DNA of 63,740 bases, counting the filler, from Babesia bigemina (Eukaryota), in assembly GCF_000981445.1 (NCBI RefSeq). It is 15 parts of 15 records of this genome, joined end to end, with 100 filler letters (N's around TTAATTAATTAA, not from the genome) between each part and the next. Parts side by side here need not be neighbours in the genome. Positions count along the whole stretch, not along the records: positions 10,023 to 14,372 come from NW_012236984.1; positions 14,473 to 17,217 come from NW_012236985.1; positions 17,318 to 20,193 come from NW_012236986.1; positions 20,294 to 23,076 come from NW_012236987.1; positions 23,177 to 26,295 come from NW_012236988.1; 10 more parts are not named here. One strand, given 5' to 3'. Below are positions 12,191-23,630 of this stretch, piece by piece. A program made the translations under genes and the position numbers. A model generated the notes under the pieces. The model made no database searches and was not told the DNA's origin. It worked only from the letters and a program-made list of their open reading frames with translations. Every line of letters begins with the position of its first letter. Within the stretch, counting starts at the first letter, position 1.

Positions 12191-12252
12191 CTTCGAATTA
12201 CTTCGCCATATTACCGCTATGACCTTCTTACACCATTATAATAACTTGTGCC

Positions 12253-14372
12253 TTGTCACCCTTTACTTCCCTTCTGACTGAGTCCATCGACTGGTTGATC
12301 CAGGTTAGGCACGGAAATGGTGATGGTAAGGGTCTTACCAAGTTGTCTCAAGCTTTGAAAAAGTTGATTGAGGAGGCTATAAAAAAAGCCGAAACTAGTC
12401 TTAGTGACCGCTATTCCAAGCTTATTTGCACTGGAAAAGAGCCATATATACCCTCTTCTACCTCCGCTTCAGGAAGCGTTGCCTCCTACTGTCAGTCTCA
12501 GGAGACTGCAATTCAAAAAGCTAATGAACAACTTAAAACTCTAGAATCTAATAATCCTAATGACTCTAAAAAGCAAATTGATGAACTAAACGCTAAAATA
12601 AAAAAAGCCGAAGCCTCTAAAAATGACTGTGCTAAGACCCATTACCTCCCTGAGGAGGAGAGAGATAAGGGATTGGATGAAGTGAGGCAGCAGAGAGAAA
12701 TTGTTAAGAAACTCACTGAATTTAAAGATACTTTAACTAATAATAATGATATTTTAACGCATTTATGTGACGGCCTCGAAAAGTTTCTCGGCTTCAACTC
12801 TGAGTCCAAAGGCTACACTGGCCAGGGGATTGTGTACTCTGACCTGGATAGGCTGTGTGACGGGGTGATGGGATTTTTGAGTGGTGTTCTCGGTAACATC
12901 AAAGAGCATTTAGGGCAGCATAAAGATACTTTAAATGATGCAATTGACATTCTTAACACCAATAAACACCTTGGTAAAAAAGGTTTTAATGCTGCGATTG
13001 GAGAGGTGGTTGAAGGGGTGAGAAAGTACAATGGTTTTCTCAAGATATCAAACGAGAGAGTCAGTGATCCCATTCAAGCATTATTAACGTATCTGAAGAC
13101 TGAAAATAACGGTGAGTTCATTACACGTTTTAATGACATTCAGGTTGACAAGGTTTCCGATGACACCAAGCAAGCTGACCCCGAGGTGACCAAGGCCGAC
13201 AACTTAGTGACACAGTGTCTCGCAAAGGCCGATGAATTTAACGGCAAATTAGACTTTAGTGTACCTAAAAATATAAAAACACAGAACGCAATTAATGATC
13301 TTAATCATAAATTACGTGAGAGAGTGCATAGTGTTCGTGAGACAGTTAAGTACGAGACCGACAGGTTGACTGCGTTGTCCAGGAAGGAAAAGGAGAATTA
13401 CGAGGCAATTGTGAAGATGGTTAATAAGCTAGCGGGTGTTCAGTCATGCTTCAAGAGCGAGATTACTCAGCGGGTAGAAGGACTTTTTAAGAAGCTGAAG
13501 GAAGATGTTCAGAAAATTAAGGAGAAGCTGGAAGCCATCTATAAAGAATTGGAGCGTGGTGTCTCGGCATTGGACACATGGGCCTGGGAGGCGGATGGAT
13601 TTGTTAGTGACGTGATGATGAAGGTTGAAAAAATACTAGAGGAAGTCGTCAATCCAGCAGAAAGAAAAAAATCGATTAATTATGCAGCTGAATATATAAA
13701 AGGGCAGGCCATGAGTATGCAGGAGGCCGGAGATGCAGCAAAAAACGCTGCTCAGGAGAATGTTTCAACGGCGCTGACGCAGGTGAAAGCGATGAACGAC
13801 GCGCTGAAAATGGATTTGTATACAGTCAAGCAAGAAATCCAGAAAGCAATTTTGAAGCATGTGAAAGAGGAGATTCAGACGCCGTATGAAAAGTTGGAAG
13901 GGAAAGTGAAACAAGATTTGACGACTTTGAAGGATAAAATTGAGATTCAATTGAGTCCTATAGTGGAGACTTCCAGAAACTTCTCAGCGCAATTGGCTGC
14001 GACAAAAATCGCCATTGATAGCGCCATGAAAAAAGTACATGATGACATGGGAAAACTGCAGGAACTTAAGGAATTTGAGAAGATAAAAAATAGCAAAAAC
14101 AGCGGTGTTGCAGCGCCTTTGCTGAAAGCAATAGGCGACAGCACGGATCCTTTTACTCCTATTACAGCTTACTTTGGCAATCTCAACTCTAAAGTCATTA
14201 AAAAACTGAGGGAAGCAATGGAGGGGATTGCGAAAGGAATTGCCATGCTTGGTAGTCCCAATAAGGACATTTCAGATAGCGCTATTAAGGATCTCAAAAG
14301 TAAGCTTCATGGACTCGAAAGCATCGAAAGTGAAGTACCGGAAATCAGTGCCATTGAGCAACTCCATGGTAT
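12253..14372 (+). CDS. ves: ves-family N-terminal fragment lacking an in-frame start (entry class I)
   Basis: ESIDWLIQV resembles the VESA1 N-terminal EAIDWVLRV motif; LCDGLEKFLGF..KGYTG.GIVYSDLDRLCDGVMGFLSGVL; coiled-coil body. The leader ATG at 12219 is out of frame. Confidence 0.8.
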
Positions 14373-14472
14373 NNNNNNNNNNNNNNNNNNNNNNNNNNNN
14401 NNNNNNNNNNNNNNNNTTAATTAATTAANNNNNNNNNNNNNNNNNNNNNNNNNNNNNNNNNNNNNNNNNNNN

Positions 14473-17095
14473 CGATCCTGTGTTAGAATACGTTCAGAGA
14501 CAACTCAAAGATGCAACCAACCAGCCAACCAAAAGTCTAGTCAACCCCCCGCCCACCGTGCCACCCACCGACCCAGCCAACAGGCTAACCAAAATCAAAG
14601 GTGACGTCGACAAATTACTTGAACATCTTAAAAATAATACTGATGCACGTAGAATTCATAATTACGATCATCCTTTCACCGTTAAACTTGCCTCCCTCAA
14701 AAACGCCACTAACGATTTATCCCCCTCCGCCTTCGCCAACCCCCGGCACCCGGAGCTGCTCGATGCGGTCAAAAACGGGCTGCAGGGGTTTGTCGAGCAG
14801 ATGGGGAGGGTGTATGTGAACGGGTATGATGGGCATGAGGAGAAGGTGGATATGGGTAAATTGGTTGATACTGATGGTAAATTAACCGATGACGGTAGAA
14901 AGTTGTCAAAAATTTTCCTCACCTGTCTGCCGGGTCTGAACAAGAATCTCAACCATCTCCGGAAGCAATGTGATAACAGTCCGCAGGGAGCGTGGCGTGA
15001 TTTAGATGTATGTATGAAGAATAAAAACGACGATAATAAGCTGGGCCTCTGGTTCCACTGCCGTGGTTACAAGGTTTCCGATACCAAGGACACCCATAAC
15101 GGCGAACTGAACATTAAGCAAGGCGAGTCGCATAACAGAATTCACGGCCTTCTAGTTCACAGTACTAAAAATGAATATATCTTCAAATCCGATGATGATA
15201 GTGTTAATGACCGTCCACTTAAGCAACTTTGCAAACATCTTGAAACTTATTACGCAGTCACCCACCTGCGACACATCCCGTCACCTAAGGCACCGCGCAA
15301 CGTGTATCAGATGCTCCAGTGGCTGAGTGGGCTGCAGTGGAATAATATGTTTGGTGACTTAAAGAGGTATTTCGATAGAGTGTTTGCTGGTCTGAGAGAA
15401 GAGTACAAATTGGCGCAAGATGCGTTAGAGGTCAGCATACCAGACGACCTGAAAGGTATAGTCAGAGACAGAAAGCTCCGATCAAGTTGCTTATCCACTT
15501 CACTTCGCAAAGTTTGCGAGTATTCTGAAGAAGTGTTAATCGCGATTCTCGGCCACGGTCATGGCCATCCGCATAGCCGGTACGCAGTTGACTTTAGCAC
15601 AAACGCGGATAAACTCGACTATCCCAGCAGCGTTGGTTCATGTTTCGGTATGCTTGTAGACATCGCCGAAAGAGTGTACCATCAACTGTGCTTCCTTCAC
15701 CGGCAATGCGAAAATGACTCCAAAAGCGGCGGCTGGAAAGAGTGCTGGTATGGTAAGCAGATCGCCGGGTCATCGTGGCAGTGCAATGAGAAGCAATGTG
15801 GTAACCAAGCATGTCCCCAAATAGCTGACCAAAAAGACAAGCAAACCGATGACCAAAATGCTGACCAAAGATGCGATCAGCACCCTAACTGCGGACTTAA
15901 GTCACCACTCCAATCGTTCCTCGAAGATGGTCTGGTAGGCTTCATTCCGCACCAACTCACCAAGGTGGGTTGCGGAGTTAAGTGTACCCTTGGTGATCAC
16001 CGGGGCCTTCCTTGTAAGACTCCCATGGGTTTAACCGACCTTAGCACTATGGCGTCGCATACAAAGAAAGGTGAGGATCTCAAGAAAATTCTAGATGAGT
16101 TCTGTGGCCGATCTACCGGTAACCTCAGCGTGCTGTGTGCCTTCCTCAAATGTGTTCTCCATACGCCTCCGCAGACGCTGGGTGATATGTTTGCGTTTTT
16201 CTACGGTTATCTTGATCACTGGAAAGGTGAGGGGGTTAAGCACAAACAGACAGCCTTCGATGCCGCCGTCACAGACGCATATTTCGGCCAGGCTTATGAG
16301 TTGGACCCAACCCCCTTGTTTGGTAGTAGTACCCATCCAAAAAAACATCCACAAGGTGACCTGTTCAGCATCGTCAAATGTACCGGCCAAGACGAATCAA
16401 TATGTGGCGTCTATCTCCAGTCATTAAGTTTTAATACTTATAACATCTATACTGTATCGAATAATAAATATTACCTATCGTGGATTGTCTACCTCACAGA
16501 GACATTCTATCAATTTCTCTGCAAACTTCGTGACGAGTGCTGCAATAATTGCAACAAGACAGGTACACGATGCCATGGTAATATGTGCGTGAAGGGCTGT
16601 AAAGTTCAAGATGCATATAAAAAAGGGACGGGCTATTGGTGGGAGGAGAGTACTCATGATGATAAATGCAAATCCGTTTCTGAATGTCCGCTAACTCTAC
16701 CCACGTTGAACAAGTATGGTTTTGCCTTCTGGAGTGCATATAGTCTCAGCAACAACAAGCATCATAAGCATCAGAAGAGGACATGTGAAGACTTTTGCAA
16801 CGCGTTGCAAAATGTACTCAACAATGAAGAATCAAAGAAACATGCCCTGGCTGAATTTGTATTCAAGACCATCCCCGAATTCCTCTGGAAGATTCGTGAA
16901 AAATTCTTCTGGACCACCGTCTCCCTCTGGCTCCTCTCCCTCTTCTACCTCCTCCACATCATGGTCATCCGTCTCGACCTGCTCCACATCAAATCGCATC
17001 TACATAGTCCCTCGAGTCATAGGATTGCCGCTCAATCATTACTCGCCGCCGCACGTGTTAACAAGCTTAACAGGGTGTTTTATCTGCAACCATAA
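14473..17095 (+). CDS. ves: ves-family C-terminal half (Cys-rich type 1, alpha tail)
   Basis: LSPSAFANPRHPELLDAV motif, CGLKSPLQSFLEDGL, HRGLPCKTPMG, TM segment and tail. Confidence 0.87.
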
Positions 17096-17317
17096 TCGTA
17101 CTCACGTGTTCACTATCTACACTCACCTAGCATCTCACCTACTCACCTAACTTATGAATTGTAGTTTAATCTGTTGTATCACTCATTTATCGTTGTATGT
17201 GATTGTGTAATAGTTAANNNNNNNNNNNNNNNNNNNNNNNNNNNNNNNNNNNNNNNNNNNNTTAATTAATTAANNNNNNNNNNNNNNNNNNNNNNNNNNN
17301 NNNNNNNNNNNNNNNNN

Positions 17318-17712
17318 AGGGAGCGATGTAGAGTGGGTAAAGGGGCGATGTAGAGTGGATAAAGGGGCGATCTAGAGTGGATAAAGGAGCGATGTGGAGT
17401 GGGTAAGGGAGCGATGTAGAGTGGGTTAGGGAGCGATGTGGAGTGGGTTAGGGAGCGATGTGGAGTGGGTTAGGGGGCGATGTAGAGTGGGTTAAGGAGC
17501 GATGTGGAGTGGATAAAGGGGCGATGTAGAGTGGGTTAAGGATCGATTTGGAGTGGGTTATGGGGCGATGTAGAGTGGGTTAGGGAGCGATGTAAGGTGG
17601 GTAAAGGGGCGATGAAGGGTGGGTAAAGGAGCTATGTAGAGTGGGTTAGGGAGCGATGTAAGGTGGGTAAAGGGGCGATGAAGGGTGGGTTAGGGAGCGA
17701 TGTAGAGTGGAT
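17318..17712 (-). repeat. 22-bp minisatellite
   Basis: Tandem G-rich 22-mers. Confidence 0.96.
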
Positions 17713-17734
17713 GATAATCACTACTTGGTCATTA

Positions 17735-17957
17735 CTGTCATCGCTGCCGTGACAATGTCATCGCTGCCGTGACCATGTCATCGCTGCCGTGACCATGTCA
17801 TCGCTGCCGTAACCACTGTCATCGCTGCCGTGTCCATGTCATCGCTGCCGTGACCATGTCATCGCTGCCGTGACCATGTCATCGCTGCCGTAACCACTGT
17901 CATCGCTGCCGTGACCATGCCATCGCTGCCGTGACCATGCCATCGCTGCCGTAACCA
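17735..17957 (-). repeat. 20-bp satellite
   Basis: GTCATCGCTGCCGTGACCAT tandem units. Confidence 0.95.
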
Positions 17958-17961
17958 TCCA

Positions 17962-18402
17962 CTTGGTCAGGTGCTAGGTTAACACTTTGCCTGGTTGCTA
18001 GGTTACCACGTTGCCTGCGTGCTAGCTTAGCACTTTGCCTGGTTGCCAGCTTAGCACTTTGCCTGGTTGCCAGCTTAGCACTTTTCCTGGTTGCTAGCTT
18101 AGCACTTTGCCTGGTTGCTAGCTTAGCACTTAGCCTGGTTGCTAGGTTAGCACTTAGCCTGGTTGCTAGGTTAGCACTTAGCCTGGGTGCTAGCTTAGCA
18201 CTTTGCCTGGGTGCCAGCTTAGCACTTTGCCTGGTTGCTACCTTCGCACTTAGCCTGGTTGCTAGGTTACCACTTTGCCTGGGTGCTAGCTTATCACTTT
18301 GCATGGGTGCTTGCTTAGCACTTAGCCTGGGTGCTAGCTTACCACATTGCCTGGGTGTTTGCTGAGCACATTGCCTGGGTGCTAGGTCAACACGTTGCAT
18401 TG
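17962..18402 (-). repeat. 24-bp satellite (beta type)
   Basis: TTAGCACTTTGCCTGGKTGCTAGC tandem units. Confidence 0.95.
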
Positions 18403-18540
18403 TCGTTCACTCATCACATAATCTAAACGCTATCCAGTTCACAAGTTACCCCTTTAGTAATTCGAGACATTAGACTACGTTTGTCGGTTAGGTGAGTAGG
18501 TGATGCTAGGTGAGTGTAGATAGTAAACACGTGAGTACGA

Positions 18541-20193
18541 TTACGGTTGCAGGTAAAACACCCTGTTAAGCTTGTTAACACGTCCAGCAGCAAGGAGTGA
18601 TTGAGCAGCGATGCGATGTGATGAGGGAGAGTGCAAATGCGATTTGATGTGGAGGAGGTCTAGGCGGATGACCATGATGTGGAGCAGGTACAGGACAGAG
18701 AGGAGCCAGAGGGCTAGGACAAGGTAGGAGAATGGTTCACGGATTCTCCACAAGAACATGTCGCACTCTCGGAACAACGTTTTGAAATACGTTGACCGCA
18801 GTACGTTGTACAACTGCTCCATGAAATTGGTACACGTCTTCTTGCCATCCTTCGCGTTCAAAGCTGCTGGAGCACCAAACGTAAAACCGTACTTATACAA
18901 CGTAGGCATAGCACCCTTGCACTCTACGATACTGTAGCAGTGGCAATTCGGCGCTTTTGTTTTGTCGTTAACGAGACCATGTTGACCACGCCTACAAGTG
19001 TCCGCACGCAGACAGGTACGACATCCCCAATCTTGGCAGTAGATGTCCCTGAACGAGTTGTACAGGGAATTGAGATAATTCCAGAACGTCCATGGCAAAT
19101 ACACTGCCCATGACAAGTACGTCTTACATTGCGTCTTGGCAAGGTAAGTGTATTGATCGGCGCATAAGGCATACAGGTACGGGGCGCAGTAGACATTTTG
19201 GCCAGAACATGCGGTGGACATTGCGAGACTACAGAGGTCACCTTTTTTGACTTCATTTTCACTGCCGTCAGCAAGTTTAGTAGTATGTTTTGTTGCGTGG
19301 TTACCACTCTGGCTGCTACCATAAGCATCACTCAGCGCGTTGGTCAGCTGGCTGGCATCATCGTAGAGGGCAATAGAACGGTCGGTGATAGCGTTATCAA
19401 TACCTGTTCTTATTAGATGTTTGCCATGGTCATCCCACTTCTTAACAAGCGATAAAGCGAAGCCGAAGTGCTCTGGCAGCGTTGATGGAGGCTTTGAAAC
19501 GAGGCTGAAGAGGCATGATGCGACATGTCTGCCGAAGAATTTACTTACAACTTCACACAGATCGCTGCCTGTCTTTGTAGAACCAGAGAAACTACGGAAG
19601 CCTAGAGGTGTCAAACAGGGCATTCCTGGTTTACCACTAGGACACGTAGCACATTTATAGCCACAACCAATGGAACCAACTTGGTGTGGCAGGCAACCAA
19701 GCAAGCTGTCACCAAGGTAGCACATTAATGGCGACGTAGGTTGGCAATTTGGTTGGTAGTTTGGTTGGCACTCTGCCTGGCACTTTGCTTTGTTCTTTGA
19801 TTCTTTGCTACAATGCGATTTGGTCGTGGGTATATCTTTGCCGTAGCGACAGTCTGCCCAGCCCATGTCAGATGCGCCGAAGCTACACTGGCTGTGCAGG
19901 AATGACAAAACAGGGAACAAACGGCGAAGGATGTCTAGGATGGTATGCAAGCAGTCATCGCCTTTCTGAGGGTAGTAGAGGCCAAGTGAATTGTTGGAGT
20001 AGTCACAGGTATACGTCGTCTGTTCGTCACCTGTGCCGAGGATGGTGGTCAGCAGCTCATGGGAGTTGGTGCACAGGTCATTCATCGACTTCATCATTTC
20101 TCCGTACGTGATTTTCTGTGGGTACGCTTCTATGTAGTAGGATGACTTGTCGACGTATTCGACTTCAAGTCGTCCTGCCCGTCTAGCACCTGT
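18541..20193 (-). CDS. ves: ves-family C-terminal fragment (Cys-rich type 2, alpha tail)
   Basis: ORF 18541-20097 with family motifs, truncated by the gap. Confidence 0.85.
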   Translation of the reverse strand, partial: TGARRAGRLEVEYVDKSSYYIEAYPQKITYGEMMKSMNDLCTNSHELLTTILGTGDEQTTYTCDYSNNSLGLYYPQKGDDCLHTILDILRRLFPVLSFLHSQCSFGASDMGWADCRYGKDIPTTKSHCSKESKNKAKCQAECQPNYQPNCQPTSPLMCYLGDSLLGCLPHQVGSIGCGYKCATCPSGKPGMPCLTPLGFRSFSGSTKTGSDLCEVVSKFFGRHVASCLFSLVSKPPSTLPEHFGFALSLVKKWDDHGKHLIRTGIDNAITDRSIALYDDASQLTNALSDAYGSSQSGNHATKHTTKLADGSENEVKKGDLCSLAMSTACSGQNVYCAPYLYALCADQYTYLAKTQCKTYLSWAVYLPWTFWNYLNSLYNSFRDIYCQDWGCRTCLRADTCRRGQHGLVNDKTKAPNCHCYSIVECKGAMPTLYKYGFTFGAPAALNAKDGKKTCTNFMEQLYNVLRSTYFKTLFRECDMFLWRIREPFSYLVLALWLLSVLYLLHIMVIRLDLLHIKSHLHSPSSHRIAAQSLLAAGRVNKLNRVFYLQP

Positions 20194-20293
20194 NNNNNNN
20201 NNNNNNNNNNNNNNNNNNNNNNNNNNNNNNNNNNNNNTTAATTAATTAANNNNNNNNNNNNNNNNNNNNNNNNNNNNNNNNNNNNNNNNNNNN

Positions 20294-20846
20294 TGGATAA
20301 GGGGCGATGTAGAGTGGATAAAGGGGCGATGGAGAGTGGGTTAAGGGGCGATGTAGAGTGGATAAAAGAGCGATGTAGAGTGGGTTAGGGAGCGATGTAG
20401 AGTGGGTAAAGGGGCGATGTAGAGTGGGTTAGGGAGCGATGTGGAGTGGATAAGGGAGCGATGTAGAGTGGATAGAGGAGCGATGGAGAGTGGGTTAGGG
20501 AGCGATGTAGAGTGGATAAAGGGGCGATGTAGAGTGGATTAAGGAGCGATGTAGAGTGGGTTAGGGAGCGATGTAGAGTGGATAAGGGGCGATGTAGAGT
20601 GGATTAAGGAGCGATGTAGAGTGGGTTAGGGAGCGATGTAGAGTGGGTTAGGGAGCGATGTAGAGTGGGTTAGGGAGCGATGTAGAGTGGATAAAGGGGC
20701 GATGTAGAGTGGGTTAGGGAGCGATGTGGAGTGGATAAAGCGGCGATGTGGAGTGGATTAAGGAGCGATGTAGAGTGGATAAGGGGCGATGTAGAGTGGG
20801 TAAAGGGGCGATGAAGGGTGGGTTAGGGAGCGGTAAGGAGTGGATA
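20294..20846 (-). repeat. 22-bp minisatellite
   Basis: Tandem G-rich 22-mers. Confidence 0.96.
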
Positions 20847-20861
20847 ATAATCACCACTTTG

Positions 20862-21408
20862 GTCACCATGTCATCGCTGCCGTAACCATGTCACCGCTGC
20901 CGTAACCATGTCATCGCTGCCGTAACCATGTCATCGCTGCCGTGACCATGTCATCGCTGCCGTGACCATGTCATCGCTGCCGTGTCCATGTCATCGCTGC
21001 CGTGTCCATGACATCGCTGCCGTGACCATGTCATCGCTGCTGTGACCATGTCATCGCTGCTGTGACCATGTCATCGCTGCCGTGACCATCAACTTGGTCA
21101 CCACTCTGGTCATGGCATTGGTCATGGCATTGGTCAGCACTTTGGTCACCACTTTGGTCAGCACTTAGGTCACCACTTTGGTCATGGCATTGGTCAACAC
21201 GTTGGTCAGCACGTTGATCATGGCATTGATCAGCACCTTGGTCAGCACATAGGTCACCACTTTGGTCAACACGTTGGTCAGCGCCTAGGTCAGCACCTTG
21301 GTCAGCACTTTGGTCATGGCATTGGTCAGCACCTTGGTCAGCACTTAGGTCAGCTGCTTGGTCAGCACCTTGGTCATGGCATTGGGCAGCACTTTGGTCA
21401 GCACTTTA
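20862..21408 (-). repeat. 20-bp satellite (20862-21090) and 12-bp satellite (21092-21408)
   Basis: GTCATCGCTGCCGTGACCAT units followed by TTGGTCAGCACT units. Confidence 0.95.
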
Positions 21409-21531
21409 GTTAACTATTACACAATCACATACAACGATAAATGAGTGACACAACAGATTAAATCACAATTCATAAGTTAGGTGAGTAGGTGGTATGCTAG
21501 GTGAGTGTAGACAGTAAACACGTGAGTACGA

Positions 21532-23076
21532 TTATGGTTGTAGATAAAACACCCTGTTAAGCTTGTTAACACGTGCCGCGGCAAGTAGTGATTGAGCAGC
21601 GATGCGATGCGATGATGGTGAGTGCAAATGCGATTTGATGTGGAGGAGATCGAGGCGGATGACCATGATGTGGATGAGGTACAAGAGAGAGAGGAGCCAG
21701 AGTGCGACAGTGGTCCAGAAGAATTTCTCCCTGATTTCCCACAGGAATTTGGGAATATATTCATGGACAAGTCGTGCGAGCACAGAACCGTCGGAGCATA
21801 TGTGTTTCAGCGCGGTGCAGAGATCTTGGCACGTGCGTTTTGTTTTCCTCTCTTTTTCACCGCTCAGTTCATGTGGGCTACCAAAAGTGAACCCCAATGC
21901 ATATATAGCTGCATGGGTAGCGCGGCAATTAATAATGGAACCGCAAGCATATTCATGCCTAATGTTATCGATGTATTCGGGTTTCGGAGAAGCATAATAT
22001 TTGTTTACTTGACAATCATTGACACAACTTCTGTCATGACATCGTGACCCTACTTTATTGCAGTTACGGCAGCACTGTTCATACAACTGTTTGAGCAAAT
22101 CCCAAAACGTCTCCGATATGTAGACAACCCACGACAAATAATGGCCGGCATATTCCTTAGAATACACCACACGCACATCGTAACTGATTGACTGCAAATA
22201 CGCGCCACAGGGAACATTCGGTTTCGATGCTGATTTTGCTTTGCATTCCAGCAGACTAAACAGATCACCAGTAGGATGCTCATATTCACCGGCAGTATGA
22301 CTCTTATGGTTACTCGATAGCTGTATGGAAGTGACATTCAATTTTGTTCCGGCATTATTGAAGTTAGCTTCTTTAACAGCGCTTTCAAATGCCTCTTGTT
22401 TATGCTTTTTACCGCCGCCGTTCCAGTTTGACAGGTAACCCTGGAAGAAACTGAACATATCGCCAAGCGTCTGCGGTGGCTGTCGGAGGAGACAGTTTAT
22501 GGCGCCGCAAATTTTACGAAGGTAAGAATCAGGACCGCAAAAACTATAGAGAGCTTTTTTCATATATTCGCCTGTTTTTATATGTGAGGCTGCAATACCA
22601 ATGTCTGCAAATCCCATTGGCGTCTTACACGGAAGGCCTCTATGATTTGTCACCGAACATTTAACTCCGCATCCAACGTTGGTTAGTCGATGCGGTAGAA
22701 AGCCTACCAGACCATCCTCAAGGAATGATTGAAGTGGCGATTTTATTCCGCAGTTAGCTGTTTGGTTACACTTTTGGTCACAGTTTTGGTTGTGCTTTTG
22801 CTCACCTCTTTCATTGGGGCATTGCTTGTCATTACACTGCCAATCCGATCCAGCAACTCCGTTGCCATAATAGCAATCACGCCACCCACCGCTCTTAGGT
22901 CCGCTGTGGCATTGCGCCAATAGGAAATGCAGTTGGTGATAGACTCTATTCAATATATCAACAAGCATATCGAAGCACGCACTGTCTTTGTTAGGATACA
23001 GCATATTATCTGCATTAGTGTTGAAGTCAACAGCATAACGGCCACCCGAGTGGCCGTGACCGAGGATAGTGATCAG
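21532..23076 (-). CDS. ves: ves-family C-terminal fragment (Cys-rich type 1, alpha tail)
   Basis: GHGHSGGRYAVDF, CGIKSPLQSFLEDGL, TM segment and tail. Confidence 0.85.
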   Translation of the reverse strand: MITILGHGHSGGRYAVDFNTNADNMLYPNKDSACFDMLVDILNRVYHQLHFLLAQCHSGPKSGGWRDCYYGNGVAGSDWQCNDKQCPNERGEQKHNQNCDQKCNQTANCGIKSPLQSFLEDGLVGFLPHRLTNVGCGVKCSVTNHRGLPCKTPMGFADIGIAASHIKTGEYMKKALYSFCGPDSYLRKICGAINCLLRQPPQTLGDMFSFFQGYLSNWNGGGKKHKQEAFESAVKEANFNNAGTKLNVTSIQLSSNHKSHTAGEYEHPTGDLFSLLECKAKSASKPNVPCGAYLQSISYDVRVVYSKEYAGHYLSWVVYISETFWDLLKQLYEQCCRNCNKVGSRCHDRSCVNDCQVNKYYASPKPEYIDNIRHEYACGSIINCRATHAAIYALGFTFGSPHELSGEKERKTKRTCQDLCTALKHICSDGSVLARLVHEYIPKFLWEIREKFFWTTVALWLLSLLYLIHIMVIRLDLLHIKSHLHSPSSHRIAAQSLLAAARVNKLNRVFYLQP

Positions 23077-23176
23077 NNNNNNNNNNNNNNNNNNNNNNNN
23101 NNNNNNNNNNNNNNNNNNNNTTAATTAATTAANNNNNNNNNNNNNNNNNNNNNNNNNNNNNNNNNNNNNNNNNNNN

Positions 23177-23590
23177 GTGCTGACCAAGGTGCTGACCAAA
23201 GTGTTGACCAAGGTGCTGACCAATGCCATGACCAAAGTGGTGACCAAGCACCTGACCAAGTTGATGGTCACAGCAGCGATGACATGGTCACAGCAGCGAT
23301 GACATGGTCACGGCAGCAATGACATGGTCACGGCAGCGATGTCTTGGTCACGGCAGCGATGACATGCTTACGGCAGCGATGTCTTGGTCACGGCAGCGAT
23401 GACATGCTTACGGCAGCGATGACATGGTCACGGCAGCGATGACATGGTCACGGCAGCGATGACATGGTTACGGCAGCGATGACATGGTCACGGCAGCGAT
23501 GACATGGTCACGGCAGCGATGACATGGTTACGGCAGCGATGACATGGTTACGGCAGCGATGACATGGTCACGGCAGCGATGACAGTGGTG
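23177..23590 (+). repeat. 12-bp satellite (23177-23260) and 20-bp satellite (23264-23590)
   Basis: GTGCTGACCAAG units followed by GACATGGTCACGGCAGCGAT units. Confidence 0.95.
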
Positions 23591-23630
23591 ACAAAAGTGG
23601 TGACAGTGGTGACCAAAGTGGTGATTATTA

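Noticed and set aside
8935..12262. Autonomous transposon or retroelement explanation for the cassettes
   Set aside because: No transposase or RT motifs, terminal inverted repeats, poly(A) tails or clear target-site duplications were seen.
12253..17095. One continuous ves gene across the gap at 14373-14472
   Set aside because: Same strand and compatible halves, but the linker gives no adjacency evidence.
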